DNA of 32,000 nt from Methanothermobacter thermautotrophicus str. Delta H (GTDB lineage: Archaea; Methanobacteriota; Methanobacteria; Methanobacteriales; Methanothermobacteraceae): contig NC_000916.1 of the NCBI RefSeq assembly GCF_000008645.1, positions 390,001 through 422,000 of the forward strand, written 5' to 3'. The notes beneath the pieces are model-generated. The model worked only from the letters and a program-made list of their open reading frames with translations, ran no database searches and was not told where the DNA came from. The position numbers and the translations under genes are program-made. This document shows, one piece after another, positions 1 to 10,765 of the stretch (its first letter is position 1; each line of letters starts with the position of its first letter).

Positions 1-572
1 AGGCTGCTTCAGCTGGAACCGGAACCATAGAACCCGAACACCTCATGGAGAAGGTTCGGATCGGGAAATCCAGGGCACTCTACATAATCGTCCTTGACAC
101 CTCGTCATCAATGAGACTTGAGAGGAAGATAAAATTTGCAAAGACGGTCTCATGGCTGCTCCTGAGGGACTCCTATGAAAAGAGGAACAGGATAGCCCTC
201 ATAGCCTTCAGGGGATATGAGGCAAACCTGGTGGTTGAGCCCACATCGAATCTTGAGACCGTTGAGGAGGCCCTTGAGGGTCTCAGGTCAGGCGGGAGGA
301 CACCCCTCACACCGGCACTCAGACTGGCAGCTGAGGTTGCATCATCATCCAGCGATGAGGCATGCACAGCCGTTGTAATATCAGACGGCCGCTGCAACGT
401 ATTCATCAACTCCAACCTCGAGGAGGACATGAATATGCTTGAAACTGAACTGAGGAACCTGAACCTTTTATTCGTTAATGCAGAACCCGAGAAGAGGAGC
501 CTGGGTATACTTGAGGACATGGCGTCACGCTTTGGCTCTGAAATCTTCTACCTTGATGATATACTGATCTAG
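1..572 (+). CDS. von Willebrand factor A domain protein, ChlD/BchD-type chelatase subunit C-terminal part (5' end outside window)
   Basis: The frame of ORF 45..572 is open upstream to the window edge (AASAGTGTIEPEHLMEKV...), and contains the MIDAS-like motif IIVLDTSSSM plus GGRTPLTPALRLA and AVVISDGRCN. Confidence 0.85.
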   Translation, partial: AASAGTGTIEPEHLMEKVRIGKSRALYIIVLDTSSSMRLERKIKFAKTVSWLLLRDSYEKRNRIALIAFRGYEANLVVEPTSNLETVEEALEGLRSGGRTPLTPALRLAAEVASSSSDEACTAVVISDGRCNVFINSNLEEDMNMLETELRNLNLLFVNAEPEKRSLGILEDMASRFGSEIFYLDDILI

Positions 573-617
573 GACTTTGGGAGTTTATGAAAAAACATGA
601 CACGCATGGAGGTGTGA

Positions 618-1172
618 TTGTTGTTTAGATTCAGAGATTTCACAACAGCTGATCTGGCCTTCACGGGCCTCATAATAGCCCTGATGTACATCGTTCAGAC
701 GGTGACCATCCTTGGTGTTGCAGCCATAACACCTGTGGATGCATTCAAGTCGATTGCATCCGCCTTCTTTGTCTGCATCGTCATAAGCGTTGGACTTGCA
801 AAGGTGGGAAAGATAGGCACCTTCACCCTGATAGGCCTTGTTAACGGGATAATCTGTGGACTCATAATGCCCGCATTCCTTCCCCTACTACCCGCGACCT
901 TCCTGGGAGGCCTTGCAGCGGATGCCGCCGTCGGGTTGAAATACGGCGTCTACTCTTCAAGGAATTCCCTTCTAGTGGGCTGTGGTGTTGATAAGTTCAT
1001 CGAGACCCTCGTCATCCTCACGGTTCCCTTCCTCTTCGGGTTCTCCAGCTTCATGCTGGCACCGGCACTGATAATCATATCTGCCATAACAGTATCTGTC
1101 CTTGGAATGCTGGGTGCCCTTGTGGGTTACGGTATCATAAATGAGCTCAGAAGGGCCGGCGCCCTGGATTAA
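618..1172 (+). CDS. ECF transporter substrate-binding (S) component, MptD-like membrane protein
   Basis: Hydrophobic 184-aa protein with Gly/Ala-rich TM segments, directly upstream of CbiQ-like and double ABC ATPase genes. Confidence 0.7.
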   Translation: MLFRFRDFTTADLAFTGLIIALMYIVQTVTILGVAAITPVDAFKSIASAFFVCIVISVGLAKVGKIGTFTLIGLVNGIICGLIMPAFLPLLPATFLGGLAADAAVGLKYGVYSSRNSLLVGCGVDKFIETLVILTVPFLFGFSSFMLAPALIIISAITVSVLGMLGALVGYGIINELRRAGALD

Positions 1173-1930
1173 TGTCTCATGGAGGTCTTTCATTGGACCT
1201 TAAGGCCGTGTTCTCACCATTCACATCAACCCCTGAGGGGTTCCTTGTGGAGGTAAACCCCCTCTCAAAGCTCACTGTGGTGGTATCCGCCACGCTACTG
1301 TCTACATTCATATCAGACCTGACTCTCCTGATAATCATGGGAGTCATTTTCACGGCACTGATAGCCCATTCAGGGTCCCTGAGGTTTGCAGCACCCTTCC
1401 TCTCATTCATCATCCTTTTCTGGCTGGTTTCCCTTGCCATTATCATGGTGCTCTCAGGTAACCCACACACCATGGGATTTCTGAGCCTCTTCTTCGCCCG
1501 TTTCTTCATAATATCAGCGGCAGGACTATCCTTTGCATTCACTACCGAGCCTCAGAAGCTTGCAGAGTCCCTCAGATCCGTCAGAATCCCCGGGGAGATA
1601 GTTTTCACACTCACAGTCGCCCTCAGATACATACCGGCCCTTGCAGTGGAGGCCTCCTCCATATGGGACTCCCTCAAACTCAGGACCAGTCTTTCAGGAT
1701 CTTCCATCATCAGGAGGCCTTCCCTCCTCTACAGGGGACTCATAATACCCATGATAATAAGGACTGTGAAGATTTCAGATGAGGTGGCCATCGCTGCAGA
1801 GACCAGGGGCTTTAACCCTCGTGAAGGTCCCGTAGGGAGTCTCATGTTAAGCGGGAGGGATATCACCTTTTTAGCATTCTTCACTGTTATCTTCGCATCC
1901 CTCGTGATAATGGATGGGGCGGTGGTCTGA
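1172..1930 (+). CDS. Energy-coupling factor transporter transmembrane protein (CbiQ/EcfT family)
   Basis: 252 aa with CbiQ-like features (NPLSKL near the N-terminus; TLRYIPALAVEASSIWDSLKLR; IKISDEVAIAAETRGF). Start overlaps the stop region of the S component. Confidence 0.85.
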   Translation: MSHGGLSLDLKAVFSPFTSTPEGFLVEVNPLSKLTVVVSATLLSTFISDLTLLIIMGVIFTALIAHSGSLRFAAPFLSFIILFWLVSLAIIMVLSGNPHTMGFLSLFFARFFIISAAGLSFAFTTEPQKLAESLRSVRIPGEIVFTLTVALRYIPALAVEASSIWDSLKLRTSLSGSSIIRRPSLLYRGLIIPMIIRTVKISDEVAIAAETRGFNPREGPVGSLMLSGRDITFLAFFTVIFASLVIMDGAVV

Positions 1931-3373
1931 TTGGACGCAATCCTCCTTGATGGTGTGAGCTACCGGTACCCCAATCAGGAGCGGCTGGCCCTCAGGGACG
2001 TCAGCTTAAGGGTTAAAAGGGGTGAATCGGTCTTCATCACAGGAAGAAGTGGGAGTGGAAAATCAACCCTTGCAAGGGCAGTAACTGCGGTGATACCCTC
2101 CATGATGGGAGGGGAGATGGATGGAACAGTCAGGGTGATGGGCAGGGACACAGACTCCCTCACCCCCGGGGACCTTGCAGCGGATGTTGGATACGTCTTC
2201 CAGAATCCTGAGTCCCAGTTCTTCACATTGAATGTTAATTCGGAGGTATCCCTGGGGCCAGATACCCTCCAGCTGGATAAACGTGAGGAACGCGTGGAGG
2301 ATGCGCTCCGGAGGGTTGGTATGGAGCATAAGAGGCATGAAAGCGTTTTCAACCTCTCAGAGGGTGAGAAGCAGAGGGTTGCAATAGCATCACAGCTCTC
2401 CATGTCCCCTGAAATCCTCCTCATGGATGAGCCAACATCCAACCTGGATCAGGGATCCACCGATGACCTTTTCAGCATCCTCAAAAACCTTAGGGATAAA
2501 ACACTGATCCTGATTGACCACAGAACTTACAGGGTCCCTGAGGTCTTTGACAGGGTCGTGGTGATGGATGAGGGCATGATCGTTGAGGAGACAGACACTG
2601 ATAACCTCCTGGACCCTGAATTCAGGGAAAGGTACGGTCTGAGGTCTCCATCTCCAGGTTTCAATCAGAGGTCCTGTGGAGGGCGCGGTCTGAGGCCTTT
2701 CTTTCAGGTTTCCACCCATCCTGAAACGAAACAGGACCCTGTACTGAGGGTAATGAACATCTCCCACACCCAGGGAGACTTCAGGCTCGATGGTGTTAAC
2801 CTGGATCTCTGGAGGGGCGAGGTCCTGGGATTGACTGGCCCGAATGGCTCTGGAAAGACGACCCTTGCAAGGCTGATTGTGGGACTCATAGAGCCGGAGA
2901 TGGGTGAGATCAGGGTTGAGGGCACCGCCGGTCTTGTGATGCAGGACCCGGACCATCAGCTGTTCATGGATACTGTGAAGAGGGAGATAACCTTCGGTCT
3001 GGATGATTATTCTGATGGGGATGTTGAGGACCTCCTTGAGACCATGAAGCTCCATCAGCTGATGGAGAGACACCCCCATTCACTCAGCGGCGGTGAAAAG
3101 CAGAGAACACTCATATCCGTTTATCTCTTCAGAAAACCAGATCTCATAATAATGGATGAGCCAACGACGGGCATGGACCTTGATAACATGAAAAGACTTG
3201 CAGGGTGGATAGGTAAACTGAAGGGAATGGGGGTGGCCATGATTCTGATCTCCCATGACCTGGAGTTCCTTCAGATGGTTGCAGACCGGACGATCATGAT
3301 GGATAACGGTGCCCTGGTCCTCCCGGATCATGAAGTAGCGGGCGCTGATTCAGTATCAACATGTTTGAGGTGA
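1931..3373 (+). CDS. ECF/CbiO-type transporter ATPase with two fused ABC domains
   Basis: Two Walker A motifs (GRSGSGKST, GPNGSGKTT), two signature motifs (LSEGEK, LSGGEK) and two Walker B motifs (LLMDEPTS, IIMDEPTT). TTG start abuts the previous stop. Confidence 0.9.
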   Translation: MDAILLDGVSYRYPNQERLALRDVSLRVKRGESVFITGRSGSGKSTLARAVTAVIPSMMGGEMDGTVRVMGRDTDSLTPGDLAADVGYVFQNPESQFFTLNVNSEVSLGPDTLQLDKREERVEDALRRVGMEHKRHESVFNLSEGEKQRVAIASQLSMSPEILLMDEPTSNLDQGSTDDLFSILKNLRDKTLILIDHRTYRVPEVFDRVVVMDEGMIVEETDTDNLLDPEFRERYGLRSPSPGFNQRSCGGRGLRPFFQVSTHPETKQDPVLRVMNISHTQGDFRLDGVNLDLWRGEVLGLTGPNGSGKTTLARLIVGLIEPEMGEIRVEGTAGLVMQDPDHQLFMDTVKREITFGLDDYSDGDVEDLLETMKLHQLMERHPHSLSGGEKQRTLISVYLFRKPDLIIMDEPTTGMDLDNMKRLAGWIGKLKGMGVAMILISHDLEFLQMVADRTIMMDNGALVLPDHEVAGADSVSTCLR

Positions 3374-3420
3374 CTGATAATGAAACTGGTATTCACTGTG
3401 GTGATGGGTGGTGGTTACTT

Positions 3421-6400
3421 ATGAAGAGGATACTTGCTGTTACCACCATGAACAACACGGCCTCACTGAAGGAGGCGCTGACCAGGATAAGGGAGGAACA
3501 TGGGGACATTGTAAGCATAACTAAGGTCTACCTTGAGAAATATGAGGACCCCCGCGTCCCCATGGACGACGTGGCTGAATACATCGATGAATCCGACATA
3601 ATACTCGTGGATATAAGGGGTAACGAGAGGATAGGGAGGGAACTCCCGGGCATCCTCAGGGACAGGGATAAGACAGTCATATCCCTGGTGTGGGGGAGCA
3701 ACCACATACTTTCCCTGACATCCATGGGCAAACTTGATCTTGGTGAACTCGTTGCAGCGGCACCTGGAAGGATAGATTCACTTGTAAGGGAGAGGGACCT
3801 TGAAGCCATACTCGAACTGCATGGGTCAGATGAGATCAGGGATGACCTCAAGAGATGGTTCCAGGCCATGGACTACTATGGGGCCGGCGACCCCGACAAC
3901 CTCATGAACCTGATACTCTTCCTCCTGGACAGCTACACAGACCTGGAGGTTCCCTTCGAGGACCCGGTGGAGATGCCGCCCTACGGCTCTACCTCCCCTT
4001 CAGGGGATTCTACAGGGACCTGGAGTCCTACAGGCGGGCTTCAAACTTCAACCCGGAGCTCCCAACAGTTGGCATGCTCTTCTATTCAGGGATGCACTTC
4101 GATGACACGAGACCCCTGGTTGAGGAACTCTACAGTCGCCTCCATGGAAATGTGAACTGCACCGTGGTCTTCTCGGACGTCGAGAACAACCTGAGGGCCA
4201 TCGAGGAGTACATGGGGGACGTGGACCTCTTTGTCAACATGCAGTACTTCCAGCTGAACCGGGCCCCCTGGGCGGCGACCCTGAGGCCACAAGGAGGCTC
4301 CTGAGGAGGATAGGCGCCCCATACCTCATCTGCCTGAGGGGCTATGAGACAGACCTCGACGAATGGGAGGCAGGTGGTGATGGCCTCAACCCGATGGAGA
4401 TAGTTCTTGGCATAACACTCCCTGAACTTGACGGAGGCTTTGAACCGGTATTCACGGCGGGTATGAGGACTCTCAATGACCCCGACCTGGGGGAGGTGAG
4501 GGTTGTTGACGTGGTGCCAGAGCGCATGGACAGATTCGCTGCAAGGATACTCAACTGGCTGAAGCTGAGGACAATGGAGAACCATGAGAAGAGGATAGGG
4601 ATAATCCTCTATGACTACCCTCCGGGGGAGGCCAACCTTGGAAACGCGGGCTACCTTGACGTATTTGAAAGCCTGGAGGTTTTCCTCAGGAGGCTGAGGG
4701 AGAGGGGATACAGTGTGAGGATACCTGATGAACCCATCAAGGATATTCTCATGAGGGAGGGACTCATCAACAGTCCATCCTACCATGAATATGGCGGCCA
4801 GAGGATCCCCCTCAGTGATTACCTGGAATTTTTCAGTCGTCTGCCAGAGAGGATCCAGGATGATGTGAGGGCAAGGTGGGGCGAACCACCGGGGGAGCTG
4901 ATGGTTGATGGTGATGACATCATCATCCCGGTGACTGAACTGGGCTCGGTCTACCTGTGCATACAGCCCTCCCGCGGGATCATGGAGACCGACAGCTACC
5001 ATAGCAGGGATAATCCACCCCACCACCAGTACCTGGCCTTCTACGCCTACCTCAATTCACTGGGACTTGACGCCATCATCCACTTCGGGATGCACGGGAC
5101 CCTTGAGTTTCTGCCCGGAAGGGAGACCGCCCTGGGGGCTGAATGCTACCCTGACCTGCTCCTGGGGGAGCTCCCCAACATATACCTTTACTGGGCAGGT
5201 AACACCTCAGAGTCGACCATAGCAAGAAGAAGAACCTACGCCCTCCCGGTGGCACATGCGTCACCACCTGTGAGGCAGTCTGACCTCTACGGTGACTACC
5301 TGGTACTGGAAGAACTCATCGACCAGTGGCATGGGGACCCTGATGATGGGTTGAGGGATGAAATAATTGAGAGGGCCTCACAGCTTAACCTGAGGGGGGA
5401 TATCCCTGAGATTGAGTCTGAACTCTTCAGGATGAAAAGGCGACTGATACCAAGGGGCCTTCACATAATGGACTCAGAGTGGGACCCCAATGACATGGTC
5501 AGCTACCTCCTCGGTGTACTCAGATTTGACAGGGAATACCCCTCCATCCATTCAATGGTGGCAGAGAAGCTTGGACTGGATTACAGGGGTTCAATGGATA
5601 CAGCCACAGGATGGGAGATTGAGAGGCACGCGGCTGAGGCTTTGAAGAGGATACTAACAGGGAAGTCAGTGGATCTTCCCCCTGAATACGTTGAATGGGT
5701 GCGTAGCTTATCTGAGCGTTGTGACTTCAGGGGTGAAAGCAGGGGCCTCCTTGAGGCACTTGAGGGAAGGTATGTGAACCCCTCCAGGGGCGGAGACCCA
5801 ATCAGGGACCCTGAGGTATACCCGACAGGCTACTCCATGCACGCCTTTGACCCCATGAAGATACCGGCACCCCTGGCCGAATCAAGGGGCAGGCTTGCAG
5901 CCAGAAAACTCCTTGAGGACTACCTGGAGGAAAATGGGAGGTACCCCGAGACCGTTGCAGTGGTTCTATGGGGATTCGAAACCCTTAAAACAGGTGGAGA
6001 TACCATTTCAATGATCCTGGAACTCCTGGGGGTGCGCATAAACAGGAAGTATGGTCCATGGGCAAAGAACATAGATGTCATACCCCTCAATGAGCTTGGA
6101 AGACCCAGGGTTGATGTCCTGGTGAACATCTGCGGCATATTCAGGGACACACTCGGATCCCAGATTGAGATACTTAACAGGGCCTTCAAAACTGTTGCAG
6201 GTCTTGACGAGGACCCTGAGGATAATTACATCCTGAAACACAACCTTGAGGATGGAGAGGTGAAGGTCCCCCCGAGGATATTCGGACCTGGACCAGCGGA
6301 GTATGCCAGCAGCATCCCTGATATCATAGGAGGTGGTGCCTGGGATCAGGAGGATGAACTGGCAGCAGCCTACCTGGGGGAGATGTGTTACGCCTATCTC

Positions 6401-6973
6401 CCGGATTCTGTGAGAGAGGCACCGGATGAATTCAGGAGGAACCTCCAGAGGGTTGAGCTCGTGGCCCAGGAGAGGGATAACGTGGAGTATGAGGTGACAG
6501 ACCTTGACCATTACTATGAATTCATGGGCGGCCTCACCTCCTCGGTGCGGAACCTGGGGGGTTCCTGCAGCGTCAGGGTCGTGGATTCAACTGAGGATGA
6601 AATCTACGTTGAGGGCCTTGATGAGGTTATAGGGAGGGCTGCAAGGTGCAGAATCCTCAATCCGGTCTGGCTGGATGGGATGCTCGCCCATGACCACCAT
6701 GGTGCCAAGAACATCAAGGACCGGGTGGAACACCTCCTGGGATTCTCTGCAACGACCGGTGCAGTGGATAACTGGGTCTATGATGATGTCGCAGAAACCC
6801 TGATACTTGATGATGAGATGAGGAGGAGGATCTCAGAGAACAACCCCTATGCGGCTGTGAGGATGGGTGAGATACTCCTTGAAACAGCTGAGAGGGGTTA
6901 CTGGGATGCCCCCGATGAGACCCTTAACAGGATCAGGGAGGTTTTTCTTGGCCTTGAATATGAGCTTGAATAG
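3421..6973 (+). CDS. CobN/magnesium-chelatase-H-like metal chelatase large subunit, reading frame broken twice
   Basis: The protein continues across three frames: ORF 3361..4155 N-terminal part, ORF 3855..4304 middle (LYLPFRGFYRDLESYRRASNF), then the 4394..6973 frame. Family-like motifs include HFGMHGTLEFLPGRETALG and LGGDPEATRRLLRRIGAPYL after restoring the frame. Confidence 0.8.
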
Positions 6974-7167
6974 GAAGTTTGGTAGCTCTGCATTATTAGC
7001 CCGGATGGAAATTATACGGTTGTAGCAGAATATGGACCCGGAAAGGATATCCGGTACAGAACCCGGCACCACTGCACACATAATCAACCACATGGTTTAC
7101 AGATATACATTCAACTTTTTTCTTTCAATAAAAAAATTAATATAACAGAAAAAATAATATAATATCC

Positions 7168-10100
7168 ATGCCATCTGCCCTTGTCGTCGAGGACGAGGCT
7201 GTAACCTCCCTTGAACTTTTAAGGCTCCTGGAATCCTGGGGGTATGAAACGGTCAGTGTAAAGACCGGGGAGGATGCCATTGAAACCGCGCTGAGGATGA
7301 AACCCGACGTCATCCTCATGGACATAGTACTCCCCTCAGATGTGGATGGAGTCACAGCAGCAAGGGCCATAAAGAAGGAGATGGACATCCCCCTGATTTT
7401 CATAACAGCCTACTCCAGCAGGGAGGTATTTGAGAGGGCAGCCGAGGTTGAACCTGAGGCCTACCTCCTCAAGCCCTTCAACTCCCGGGAACTTGGATAT
7501 GCAATGGAACTTGCAATCTACAAGAACCGGATCCAGAACCTGCTCTCACATACCAGCAGGAGGTACCAGGAGATACTGGAAACCACAGGTGAGGGTGTCT
7601 GCGTATTCAATGACGATGGAAGCATCCAGTACTGCAATGAGAGGATGGCTGACCTCCTCTCCATGAGAAGGGACGAGATTATCGGAAGGAAGATATTCGA
7701 TTTTATACATCCCTCTGACCGGGAGACCATGGAGCGAATACTTGATTCATGCAGAAGGGGATCCTCGGGTGAACATGAACTCCGCTTCAGGACGGATGAG
7801 GGGACAAGGTGGGTGATACTCTCAGGTCATCCCCTCATTGAATCCTCCGGCTTCAGGGGAGGATTCTGCATGTTCAGGGATATAACGCCCCAGAAGATGC
7901 TTGAAAGGATGCTGAGGAGAAACAACAGCTGCCTCAGACTTCTAAGCAGGATCAACCGCCAGGCAGCCATCTCAGCCACCCCTCAGGAATTGATGGAAGG
8001 GGTTTCCGGGATCCTGATGGAGGTCGGATACTCCGGTGCATCCTTCAGGGAATCTGATGGAACCGTGATTGCAGGGGAGGGTGAAAAAAGAGTATCACCA
8101 CTCCGGCCAGGCATCATCACCTGGGAGGATACCTCAACTGCAGTCATTGAACTTGAAGATTGCAGCAAACCCCTTTACCTTGTGGTCTCAGCCCCCAGGA
8201 TGATTGACGATGAGGAGCTGGGCTTCCTCAGGGAGATAGCATCCAGCACAGCCGGTGCCCTCAGGAGGATGGACTCTGAGCAGAGGATGAATGATATTTC
8301 CTCAAGGTACCGGGAACTCTTTGAGAATGCAGGGGATGCGATATTCCTGGTGAAGGACTTCAGGATAATAGGATGTAACAGCAGGGCCCTTGAACTCTTC
8401 GGGGGAGATGAGGAAGACATACTGGGCAGAAAACCATGGGAGCTATCACCTGAGTACCAGCACCATGGTGAATCCTCAGAAATTGCCCGGGAACTTATTG
8501 AGAGGGCAATGAATGGCGAAAAATGCGAGTTCACATGGATCCACAGAAAGATCAGCGGTGAGACATTCCCGACAAGGGTGGTCCTCAGCAGATCAGGTGA
8601 CATTGTGATGGGCATTGTCAGGGACATGACTGAACTCTACAGGGCCCACAGGAAGTTAAAGGAGGAGCACAGAAAGTTCAGGGACCTGCTGGAGTCCATA
8701 CCCGACCCTACCTTCGCCCTGGATACCCGTGGAAGGGTGATAGCCTGGAACCGTGAGATTGAGAGACTCACAGGTGTGAAAAAGGAAGAGATCCTCGGGA
8801 GGGGTAACAGGGTCTACGCAGTTCCGTTCTATGGCAGGAGGACGCCGGGGCTCCTTGAATTCCTGCTGAACCCTGGAAAGGCCCCTTCAAGGTACCGCAA
8901 CATCAGCAGGGAGGGTAATGCAATCTATGCAGAGGTCCATGTTTAGCACATGGGCAGGCACTTCCAGCTCAAGGCATCCCCGATCTGTGATGCGGAGGAT
9001 AGAACCGTGGGGGCCATAGAGATACTGAGGGACGTTACAGATTACATTGAAACCAAGGAGAAACTCAGAAGATCAAAGAACCGTTACAGGGCAATATTTG
9101 AGAACAGGGCCACCCCCACAGCCATCACAGACCGGGAGTGGAATATCACAGGGACAAACAGGGTCTTCAGGGAACTCTTCGGTGTTGATGAGGGCTTCAA
9201 TTTAAGGGACCTGCTGGACTAGGATGAACTTCAGAAACTTGAGAAACTCCGGGAATCCCAGAGGGCGCTGATAAGGATGAAGGGGGTCAGGGGAAACCTC
9301 CATGTCATGGTCCACAGGGGTGATCTTCCAGATTCAGGTCAGATGATCCTGAGCTTCAATGACATAACAAAACTCAGGGAGTCCCAGAGGAAACTGAGGG
9401 ATGAAGTCCGTGTTAGAAGGGTCCTCAGTGAAATCTACCCACAAGCGGTCTCAACTGATAATCTGGGGGAATTCACAGAGTACATACTCGATGCTACATG
9501 CAAAGTTACAGGCGCGGATGGAGGAATCATAAGACTGAGAAATGTGGAGACAATCACCATCACAGAAAAGCTGGAACCCCCTGAAGAGGTTCCAGACCTT
9601 GAGGGACTCTCAGAAGATGGTAAAATGATCCGCATAACCTCCTCCTCTGCAGATATGAGCTCAGAGTTCATACTCAGGGGCACCAGCTTCAGCAAAGCGG
9701 ATCTCAGGGCTGTCAGGCACATCTCACAGTACTATATGCTGGCTGTAAAGCAGATCAGCTACAGGAGGAGGATGAATGAGCACTGGAACCACCTCAGGCT
9801 CATAAATATCATACTCAAGCTGGCTGATACAGAAGACCCTGAATTATTCCTCAGGGGAGTCCTTGATTTCATAATCAGATGCCCTGAATTCAATGGGGGA
9901 TCAGCATACCTTGACCCAGATTTAAAGGTTGAGAGGGGATTGATACCTCCAGACAGCATTCCAGATACAGAAGGTGTCCTGGTGGATGGAGAAATCATTG
10001 AGATACCCCTGAGTGTGGATGGGGCTGTAAGGGGTGTCTTAAGGCTCCAGGCAGCATACAGTGACGTTAAAGAAAAAACTGAGTTCCTGGAGGTACTTGG

Positions 10101-10764
10101 AGGGGAAATATCCGATGGTCTGCAGCGGATAACCATGCGAAATCAGCTCAGGGAATCCCTCCGTGAGAAGGAGGTCCTGCTGAGGGAGATACACCACCGG
10201 GTCAAGAACAACCTCCAGATAGTGGCAAGTCTGCTGTCCCTCCAGACAGCATATACAGACAACCAGGAGACCCTCAATGTCCTCAGGGATAGCCAGATGA
10301 GGGTCAGGGCCATGGCAGTTGCCCATGAGAAGATATACAGGTCAAGCAGCCTGTCCATGATAAACGTTGGAGACTACCTCAGGGCAATCGCAGAGGAGAT
10401 GACCACCCTGCAGTCCACCGGTGGGCTCCTTGTGGATCTCGATGTCCACTACGATGATATAATGGCCGAGATGGACAGGTGCATCCCCCTGGGCCTGATA
10501 ACCAATGAGATAATCTCCAATTCAATCAAACACGCCTTCACAGGGGACAGGGGCAGGATAGTGATCTCACTCAAGAGGGAGGACGATCTTGGTATCCTTG
10601 AAATATCAGATAACGGCAGGGGGCTCCCTGAGGACTTCAACATTGATGAACTGGAATCACTCGGAATGCAGCTTGTATCAAACCTTGTGATGCAGATTGG
10701 GGGTGAACTGGAATATGGAAACAGGGATGGTGCATTCTTCAGGGTCACGTTCCCACTTGAATGA
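7168..10764 (+). CDS. Multi-domain sensor: response-regulator receiver, several PAS domains, HisKA_2-type histidine kinase; interrupted by in-frame TAG at 8944 and 9220
   Basis: ORFs 7168..8946, 8950..9222 and 9277..10764 share one frame. Receiver motifs PDVILMDIVLPSDVDG and LLKPF; repeated PAS motifs; [23 protein letters not shown] and an ATPase domain DNGRGLPE. Confidence 0.85.
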
Positions 10765-10765
10765 A

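Noticed and set aside
1931-3373. Possible gene fusion error joining two ATPases
   Set aside because: A double ABC domain in one polypeptide is a known arrangement for ECF/CbiO-type ATPases and the frame is continuous.
4130-5026. Long 298-aa ORF on the minus strand opposite the CobN-like gene
   Set aside because: It lies antisense to clear chelatase sequence, has low family resemblance, and is typical of shadow ORFs in GC-biased coding regions.
8944-9222. Pyrrolysine at the two TAG codons
   Set aside because: No pyl tRNA or synthetase genes are visible in this window and the interrupted protein is not a methylamine methyltransferase; kept only as a test in the finding.
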